Assembly: GCA_963778655.1 (NCBI GenBank)
Contig: CAVZVA010000011.1
Span: 448,001-512,000 of the forward strand
DNA length: 64,000 nucleotides
Direction: 5' to 3'
From: an uncultured delta proteobacterium
Lineage (GTDB): Bacteria; Myxococcota_A; Polyangia; Polyangiales; JAFGIB01
Positions 57,760 through 64,000 of this stretch are shown here, piece by piece; positions within the stretch are counted from its first letter, which is position 1, and every line of letters begins with the position of its first letter. The translations under genes and the position numbers were made by a program. The notes under the pieces were generated by a model, which ran no database searches, was not told where the DNA came from, and was given only the letters and a program-made list of their open reading frames with translations.

Positions 57760-58791
57760 CTACGGGAGCAACACCTCGTCGATCACGTGGATCACGCCGT
57801 TGGTAACTACGATGTCGGGGATCGTCACCTTGGCGTCGTTGATCTTCACACCGTCGCCGAGCTGCACGCTCAACTGCTTGCCGCCGAGCAGCGTGTCCAG
57901 CGGCCCGGCCTCGAGCTGCGAGGATTTCACGCTGCCGCTCACCGCGTGATAGAGCAGCACGTCCTTGAGATCGGTCGCACTGAGCCCGGCCAGGGTCCCC
58001 GCGGGCAGCGCAGCGAATGCCGCGTCCGTCGGCGCAAACACCGTGAACGGTCCCGCTCCGGAGAGGGTATCGGCGAGACCCGCATCGCTCACCGCCTTCA
58101 CCAGCGTGGTGAGGTTGCCGGCAAGCTGCGCAGCTTGAACGACATCCGGCGGCAACAGAACCTTGTCGATCACGTGGATCACGCCGTTGCTCGCGTCGAC
58201 GTCGGCCGTGGTGACTGTGGCGTCGTTGATCATCACGCCGTTGGATAGGCTCACGAACAAGCTGAGGCCGCTCGCGCTGGTCAGGGGCTTACCGTCGAGA
58301 TCGGCGGCGTGCGCGTTGGCAGCGACGACGTGGTAGAGCAGCACCGCCTTGAGCTGCTCGCCGCTCAGTGAGCCGAGCGTGCCGGCAGGCAGCGCGGCGA
58401 ACGCCGCGTCCGTCGGCGCAAACACCGTGAACGGTCCCGGCCCCTTGAGCGTATCCACCAGGTCTGTATCGGTGAGCGCCTGGGCGAGCGTGGTGAAGCT
58501 GCCCGCAGCCACCGCGGTGTCGACGATGTCCTTGGCGGTGCTGCCCGGAGCTGCGGTCCCCGCGCCCGAGCCGCTGCCGCTCATGTCCACGGCGCCGCCG
58601 TTGCTGTCTGCGATACTGCCGCCGACCCCTGCCGCACCGCCGCTGGTAGCGGCTTGACCCGCGGCTCCGCCGCCGGTGGCGGCGGAGTCCATGATCGGGC
58701 TCGAGGCGTTGCTGGAATCACCGCATGCGCCTGCCCACGCGATCCACAGGCAAACCCCAAGATGCGCCCTGTTTGTCTTCCCGAAAAGCAT
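57760..58791 (-). CDS. Fasciclin (two FAS1 domains) lipoprotein
   Basis: Two copies of GPFTVFAPTDAAF..VLLYH..NGVIHVID; lipobox AGAC. Confidence 0.93.
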   Translation of the reverse strand: MLFGKTNRAHLGVCLWIAWAGACGDSSNASSPIMDSAATGGGAAGQAATSGGAAGVGGSIADSNGGAVDMSGSGSGAGTAAPGSTAKDIVDTAVAAGSFTTLAQALTDTDLVDTLKGPGPFTVFAPTDAAFAALPAGTLGSLSGEQLKAVLLYHVVAANAHAADLDGKPLTSASGLSLFVSLSNGVMINDATVTTADVDASNGVIHVIDKVLLPPDVVQAAQLAGNLTTLVKAVSDAGLADTLSGAGPFTVFAPTDAAFAALPAGTLAGLSATDLKDVLLYHAVSGSVKSSQLEAGPLDTLLGGKQLSVQLGDGVKINDAKVTIPDIVVTNGVIHVIDEVLLP

Positions 58792-58879
58792 CTGAGCCTC
58801 CTAATTCCGCGGATTTTCCGCGGGGTTATGGGCCTGGCTTCGGCTCGCCAGGCACGCTCGAGACATGAGCAGCAAGCTT

Positions 58880-59040
58880 GTGTTGTCAATGATTTGAACA
58901 GATAAAACTTGGTCAAAAACAGGCGCAAGTAGGTCGAGCGCGGCGACAACGGTCCGACACAGACCCCGGTTGCCCTCTGCCCGCAAGATATGGAGCTTTG
59001 CCTTGCCGTTTGACCTGGTTTTGACCAAGTCTTGGCATGC
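58880..59040. promoter_or_regulatory. Divergent promoter with candidate CarH-type operator (11-bp direct repeats)
   Basis: TTGACC at 59010, TTGACC at 59021, TTGGCA at 59032 (exact 11-bp spacing), plus GGTCAA at 58911. Confidence 0.55.
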
Positions 59041-59088
59041 GTGCCTCCACGGAATCACGAAGCTGACGTGCCCCAACCCAATCGCGGA

Positions 59089-59979
59089 ATGAGCATCGGC
59101 GCCCTGGCTCGCGCCACCGGCGTTCCAGCCGACACGCTGCGCACCTGGGAGCGCCGTTACGGGTTTCCCAGCCCCGAGCGCACGGACTCGGGCCACAGGC
59201 GCTACTCCCTGCGCACCCTGGAACGACTCAAGCTGGTGAGACAGGTGCTGGAGCTCGGCCATCGCCCCTCGACCGTGCTGGCCACGGACGAAGCAGGGCT
59301 GCGCCAGCTGCTGGAAGCGGCCGGCCCGGGTGGCGCGCCGCCCGCGGCCGGGCGCGTCGCCGAAGCCAGCGACCCCGCGCGCGTGGAGGGTTGGCTGGAG
59401 CTGGTCGCGCGCTTCGACGGCGTGACGCTCGAGCACGCGCTGCGCTCGGCAGCAGGCGAGCTGGGCGGTCTGGCGTTTCTCGAGCGGCTGTTGGCGCCGT
59501 TTCTACGCGAGCTGGGGGAGCGCTGGGCAAGCGGGGCCATCGGCGTGCGCCACGAGCACTTCGCCAGCGAACGGGTGCGCGAGCTCCTGGCCGCCGAATG
59601 GCGCCCTCTGAGCGATTCGGCCACGGGCGCGACCGTGGTGGGTGCCACGCCGGCGGGCGAGCAGCACAGCTTGGGCCTGCACATGGCCGCGCTCGCGCTA
59701 GCGCTTCACGGCGCCCGCGTCGTGTTCTTGGGCGCCGACGCACCGGCCAGCGAGGTTGCGCGCGCGGTGGAGCAGCATGCCGCGCAGGCCGTCGTGCTGA
59801 GTGCGGCCCGCGGCACCGATCGCAGGCACCTCGAGCGCGAGGTTGCCGCGTTGCGCGCGGCCCTGCCCGACACGGTGCCGGTCGTAGCCGGCGGGCAGGG
59901 CTTCCAGCCCCCATTACAGGGTGTGGTGACGATTCGAAACCTGTTCGAGCTCGTCCAGTGGTGGTCCGCTCGGGCTTGA
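59089..59979 (+). CDS. CarH/LitR-like MerR-family B12-binding photoreceptor regulator
   Basis: MSIGALA..TLRTWERRYG..P.R...GHRRY, W-x9-EH (RWASGAIGVRHEH), GEQHSLG..LGAD.P..VVLS..GG. Confidence 0.9.
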   Translation: MSIGALARATGVPADTLRTWERRYGFPSPERTDSGHRRYSLRTLERLKLVRQVLELGHRPSTVLATDEAGLRQLLEAAGPGGAPPAAGRVAEASDPARVEGWLELVARFDGVTLEHALRSAAGELGGLAFLERLLAPFLRELGERWASGAIGVRHEHFASERVRELLAAEWRPLSDSATGATVVGATPAGEQHSLGLHMAALALALHGARVVFLGADAPASEVARAVEQHAAQAVVLSAARGTDRRHLEREVAALRAALPDTVPVVAGGQGFQPPLQGVVTIRNLFELVQWWSARA

Positions 59980-60095
59980 TCCAGGTGCCTGGGGAGCGGC
60001 CCTGGACAGCCCCGCACCAGCTGCCGCTCTCAGCAGAGAGGCAAGGCCCTAGGCAAGCAGCCAGCGGGCCGCTGCGGACGGTTCACGGCTTATTC

Positions 60096-60154
60096 TGTTC
60101 AAAAATTGGTCAATGCCATTGACACGCGACAACAATCGGCTCATAACCTGTTCA
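60096..60154 (+). promoter_or_regulatory. Sigma70-type promoter flanked by 11-bp-spaced repeats
   Basis: TTGACA (60119) - N17 - CATAAC (60142); TGTTCA/TGGTCA at 60096/60107 and GGCTCA/TGTTCA at 60138/60149. Confidence 0.6.
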
Positions 60155-60178
60155 TTCTAGCAATCAGGAGAGCTCGCG

Positions 60179-61048
60179 ATGGCCCAGACAATTGAACCGG
60201 AAGTCAGACGCTACCTGGCCAGCGTGCAGCGGGTCGCCCCGCTCGCGCGCGCAGAAGAGCTGGCCCTGTGCAGAGCCTTTCTCGAGCACGGCGACCGCCG
60301 GGCAGCCGACCGCGTGATCACGGCGAACCTGCGCCACGTCGTGCCCCACGCGCTGCGCTACCGGCACATGGGGGTGCCGTTCGCCGACCTGATCGCGCAG
60401 GGCAACCTCGGTCTGCTGCTGGCGCTGCGCGGCTTCGACCCGGGGCGCGGGCTGCGCTTTGCGACCTACGCGAACCACTGGGTGCGCTCGGAGATGCTCG
60501 CGTTCGCGCTCAGGACCCGACGCTTGGTCGGAGGCGGACGCGGGGCGCTGCGCTCGGTGTATGCGTTGCGGATGCGGCGCGAGCACACCACGCTGTGCAA
60601 CCGTCTGGGCGATGACCCCGGGGTCCATCGCATTCTGTCGGAGCAATACCGCAAGAGCCCCGACGAAATCGCGAGCATCCTGCACCAAAACGAGCAACGC
60701 GACGCGTCGCTAGACGCGCCGGCGGCGCGCGGCGGACGCCATACGCTGCTCGCTACGCTCTCGCTAGACGAGCCGGGCCAGGACGAAGCGCTGCTCAGCC
60801 GCCGCACCAGGGCCGCTCTCACGACCGCCGTGGCGAGCGCCATCAGCGCGCTCGACGCACGCGAGCGCTTCATCGTGGAGGCGCGCATGATGGCCGATGA
60901 CGACACCCGCCTGTCGCTGGCCGAGATCGGCCAGCGCTTCGGCGTTTCTCGCGAACGCGCGCGTCAGCTCGAGAGCAAGGCCAAGGCGAAGCTGCGGTCC
61001 CGTCTGGCGACGCTCGCGGACCAGCCGTCCTTTTCGACCGCGGCTTGA
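60179..61048 (+). CDS. RpoH/sigma32-like sigma-70 family factor
   Basis: ANLRHVV, DLIAQGNLGLL..FDPGRGLRFATYA.HW, DASLD, SLAEIGQRFGVSRERARQLE. Confidence 0.9.
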   Translation: MAQTIEPEVRRYLASVQRVAPLARAEELALCRAFLEHGDRRAADRVITANLRHVVPHALRYRHMGVPFADLIAQGNLGLLLALRGFDPGRGLRFATYANHWVRSEMLAFALRTRRLVGGGRGALRSVYALRMRREHTTLCNRLGDDPGVHRILSEQYRKSPDEIASILHQNEQRDASLDAPAARGGRHTLLATLSLDEPGQDEALLSRRTRAALTTAVASAISALDARERFIVEARMMADDDTRLSLAEIGQRFGVSRERARQLESKAKAKLRSRLATLADQPSFSTAA

Positions 61049-61112
61049 ACGCCCCTCAATCGCCCGGACACGGCGTCCTGCGCGCAGCCGGGTTGCGGCA
61101 GTGCAGGCCCGC

Positions 61113-62114
61113 TCAGCGCAGCGCGCGCAGCGCGATCAGCTCGCCGCGCTCCGGCTCGCGCTTGGCCCGCAGCGCGTGCAGGCGCTCGGCATAGGCGGCG
61201 TCGTCGACCCACAGACGTCGCGCAGCGCGCGCGATCAACGCTCGCAGCAACCAGGGCATCTGCGCCGCCAGCAGGAAGCCGGCGCGCTCCGAGCTCGCGA
61301 GCGTGGCCTCGACGATCGCGGTGCGTCCCGGAGCGAGCGGGGTCGCATGGGTCTCCACCACCGAGCCTTCGCCCTCGCCGCGCACGATCGTCATCACGAT
61401 CGTGCGCGGATCGGTGCAATGGAAGCGCGCATCCACCTCGACTGCGAGCGCGCCGAGCACGCGGTACGCGACGCGGGCGGTGATCTCGTCCGGGCGCTGG
61501 TCGATCACGCGCAAGCTCGCGAACGACGCGGGGTGAAAGCACACGCCGTGCCAGGGGTCGAGCCGGTTGGCGATCACGTCCTGCGGCTCGCAGCCGGCTT
61601 CGACCCTGATCACGGCGTCGACGCAGCGCGCCGGCCGCGCCGGCAGCGCGGGGCGCTCGCTGGGCGGCTCGCCGCCGTCGAGCCGCACCCAGAACAGCAC
61701 GCCGTCGTCGTGGCTCGGCAGCGGCCTCCAGCCGGCGTGACCGCCGGGCCCCAGCGCGAGCCCGTGCCAGGGACAGAGCAGACGCCCGCGCTCGACCCGA
61801 CCAGCGGCCAGCGACGCGCCCATGTGAGGGCACGCGTTGGGCGCAACCAGCAGCCGCTCGCCGGCACGCCAAGCCACCAGCGCGCGCCCCGCCACCTGCA
61901 GGCAACGCGGGCGGCTGGTGATCGCACGCGAGGCGTCGAGCGCGTACCACCCGCCCGAGGGCAGCGCCTGCGCGCGCTGCAGGGCGCCGCGGATCCAGCG
62001 CGGATCGGCCTGCTCGAAGGCCGGGCGCCGATCGACGCCCCCAGCCGCGGGCAGCTTGCGTCCGAAACGCCAGAGCGGCGCGTGTCGCTTCGAGCTCGGC
62101 TGATCGTCTTGCAT
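61113..62114 (-). CDS. Rieske-domain carotenoid-cluster protein (CrtV/DUF5914-like)
   Basis: CPHMGA..CPWHG Rieske motif, ANRLDPWHG..FHP, LWVDDAAYAER. Confidence 0.75.
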   Translation of the reverse strand: MQDDQPSSKRHAPLWRFGRKLPAAGGVDRRPAFEQADPRWIRGALQRAQALPSGGWYALDASRAITSRPRCLQVAGRALVAWRAGERLLVAPNACPHMGASLAAGRVERGRLLCPWHGLALGPGGHAGWRPLPSHDDGVLFWVRLDGGEPPSERPALPARPARCVDAVIRVEAGCEPQDVIANRLDPWHGVCFHPASFASLRVIDQRPDEITARVAYRVLGALAVEVDARFHCTDPRTIVMTIVRGEGEGSVVETHATPLAPGRTAIVEATLASSERAGFLLAAQMPWLLRALIARAARRLWVDDAAYAERLHALRAKREPERGELIALRALR

Positions 62115-62124
62115 GACGGCCTCC

Positions 62125-63627
62125 CTACGCGCCCAGCGGCGAGAGCAACCCGCGAGCCGGCACGCTTCGAATCGGCTCGGCGGCGACCTCGAGCCCGGCG
62201 AGCAAGGTATTCGCCGCCAACATTCCGGAGCAGGCGGCGCGCTCCATCAGCGCGCACGGCAAGTCGAGCTTCACGAAATCGCCCGCCAGCGCGAGCCGCG
62301 GATCGGCCGTGGCCACGCCCGGACGCTCCGCGTGGCTGCCGGGTGCAAACGCCGGGCAATCCTGGCGCAGCAAGAAGCGCTGGTCCACGATGCGCGCCGC
62401 GCGCGACTCGGGGTAGAAGGCGTGCAGCGCCGCGAGCAGGTCGGCGCGCAGCAACGCCTCGGTCGCATCCTCCGGCACCGCATACGCGTGCAGCTCGACG
62501 ACCGAGCCGCCGTGCGTACGCGCCCAGGCCGCGCTCTCGTCCTGAAAGCGCTCGTACAGCGAGATGTTGTCGAGCAGCCCCACACCCGTGGTGCCGGCGA
62601 ACGGCGCGCGCTCGGGCGCGAGCGGCCGATCCAGCCACAGCCGCCACACGCCAAACGGCCGGGTCACGCCCAGACCCGCGACCTGACGCCGCAGGGTCGC
62701 ATCGCGCAGATCGGGGCTCGCGCGCAGCAGCACCTGCAGCCCCGGCACGTCGAGCGCGAGCACCAACAGATCGCCCTCGGCCACGCCGCCCGCGTGCTCC
62801 ACCACGAACCCGCCCTCGGCGCGCCGGAGAATACGCCGTCCCGGCGCTTGCGTGCGCAGCTCCACGCCCCGAGCGCTGAGCCAGGCGGCAAACGGTCGCC
62901 AGATCGCGGTGGGCAGCGGTTGCCCGACCACGTCGAACACCAAGCCCTGCGGATTCCCGGTGAAATAGAAATGGAACATCATCAGCAGCTCGGCCGCGGA
63001 CATCTCCGCCTCGGGGTTGAAAAACGAGTGCGAGAACACATCGAACAGCATGCGCCGCGCCGTTTCCGGGAAGCCGAGCGAATCCAGGTAGTCGCGCGCG
63101 CTGCGGTGGTCGTAGTGGGCGTAGGTGCGATGGGAATCGAAAGCGAGCATCGCGAGCGCCGCGCGCGCGTCGATGCGCGCGAGGTCGCGCGCCCGCAGGT
63201 ACGGCGTTCGCCAGGCGAGCTTCATCACCTGCAGCGGCGGCTGCGTGGGCAGGTCGCGGAAGCTCTGCACCAGACCGCCGGGGCCGAGGATCGGGTAGTC
63301 GGGCAGCGGCCGCAGCATGCGCAGCTCGGGATCGATGCGCCGCAGCAAGGAGCGCAGGTTGAAGTACTGGCGAAAGAAGGCGTGAAAGCCGCGCTCGAGC
63401 ACGACGCGCTCTCCCGTGACCAGCGTGTCGGAGAAGCCGCCGGCGCGACCGCCGAGCTCCGCGGCGCGTTCGAGCAGCGTGACCTGCACGCCGCGCTCGC
63501 ACAGCACCGTGGCTGCGGCCACGCCCGCGATGCCGCCGCCGACCACCACCGCCCGCGTGCCGCTGGGCGCGCGTGCGCTGCCGCCGCGGCGCGGCAGACG
63601 CCAGGTTTCGGACCGAAACCGGCTCAC
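62125..63627 (-). CDS. crtU: FAD-dependent carotenoid desaturase, isorenieratene synthase-like
   Basis: VVVGGGIAG, RGFHAFFRQY.NL, ELLMMFHFYF, VVELHAYA, LAGD..ALMERAA. GTG start overlaps the upstream TGA. Confidence 0.75.
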   Translation of the reverse strand: MSRFRSETWRLPRRGGSARAPSGTRAVVVGGGIAGVAAATVLCERGVQVTLLERAAELGGRAGGFSDTLVTGERVVLERGFHAFFRQYFNLRSLLRRIDPELRMLRPLPDYPILGPGGLVQSFRDLPTQPPLQVMKLAWRTPYLRARDLARIDARAALAMLAFDSHRTYAHYDHRSARDYLDSLGFPETARRMLFDVFSHSFFNPEAEMSAAELLMMFHFYFTGNPQGLVFDVVGQPLPTAIWRPFAAWLSARGVELRTQAPGRRILRRAEGGFVVEHAGGVAEGDLLVLALDVPGLQVLLRASPDLRDATLRRQVAGLGVTRPFGVWRLWLDRPLAPERAPFAGTTGVGLLDNISLYERFQDESAAWARTHGGSVVELHAYAVPEDATEALLRADLLAALHAFYPESRAARIVDQRFLLRQDCPAFAPGSHAERPGVATADPRLALAGDFVKLDLPCALMERAACSGMLAANTLLAGLEVAAEPIRSVPARGLLSPLGA

Positions 63628-64000
63628 GAGGGCCGCCGCGCGAGAAAGGTGTGCACGATGCCGCGCTGCCAGCCGTCCATGGCGTGCGTCGAGAGCTCGA
63701 CGAAGCCCGCCCGCCGCAGCCGCGCCTGGAGCTCCGCCACGCTGTCGAACTCGTCGACGCTGCGGCGCAGGTAGGTGAACAGCTCGGGCGCACCGGTCAG
63801 CGCGGCACCGAGCGGCACGATCACCGCGCGGGCGACCGCGTCCCAGAGCAGGCGGCGGTAGCGCGAGCCCGAAACCGAGTACTCGTGCAGCGCCAGCCGG
63901 CCCCCGGGCGCGAGCAGCCGCAGCACGCGCGCGAGGCACAGGTCCGGGTCGTCGACGTTGCGGATGCCGTAGGCCATCAGGATCGCGTCGAAGGGCCCGG
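63624..64000 (-). CDS. SAM methyltransferase, CrtT-like (5' part outside window)
   Basis: GPFDAILMAYGIRN..PGGRLALHEYS..GWQRGIVHTFLA. Confidence 0.72.
   Translation of the reverse strand, partial: GPFDAILMAYGIRNVDDPDLCLARVLRLLAPGGRLALHEYSVSGSRYRRLLWDAVARAVIVPLGAALTGAPELFTYLRRSVDEFDSVAELQARLRRAGFVELSTHAMDGWQRGIVHTFLARRPS

Noticed and set aside
56700..57760. Diversity-generating retroelement at the DUF1566 genes
   Set aside because: No reverse transcriptase, and the two 3' ends are not an adenine-only-mismatch TR/VR pair.

Overview
High-GC bacterial DNA. The gene types (Cys-rich 'DAG' lipoproteins, PEGA/TPR protein, vWA lipoprotein, CarH-like photoreceptor, ccoNO fusion) suggest a myxobacterium (Myxococcota, Polyangia-like); this taxonomy is inference. 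From left to right the window holds: an ABC1/UbiB kinase, an OmpA/MotB protein and a wHTH-NTPase regulator; an unusual ~21 kb cluster (5.7-26.6 kb) with an AttH/CrtC lipocalin-fold + trans-prenyltransferase fusion, five SAM methyltransferases, four paralogous GT-C-like membrane proteins, a HAD hydrolase, an outer-membrane barrel, a LolA-like protein and an orphan ABC ATPase, interrupted by a 98-bp x ~8.3 palindromic tandem array whose motif also occurs in-frame inside one GT-C paralog; a di-heme lipoprotein, bioA, an ACP, a TetR-SCP2 regulator and vWA lipoproteins; a cbb3 oxidase operon; a CBS hybrid kinase; an HTTM-like gene bracketed by inverted hairpin repeats; ettA; an LMF1-like gene; a PEGA/EGF-repeat/DUF1566 locus; and a light-response island (fasciclin, CarH-like regulator, RpoH-like sigma factor, Streptomyces-type crtT-crtU-crtV). 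No rRNA, tRNA, CRISPR array, transposase, integrase or reverse transcriptase was recognised. All protein calls come from motif recognition by eye, not database searches, and some start codons are best guesses.
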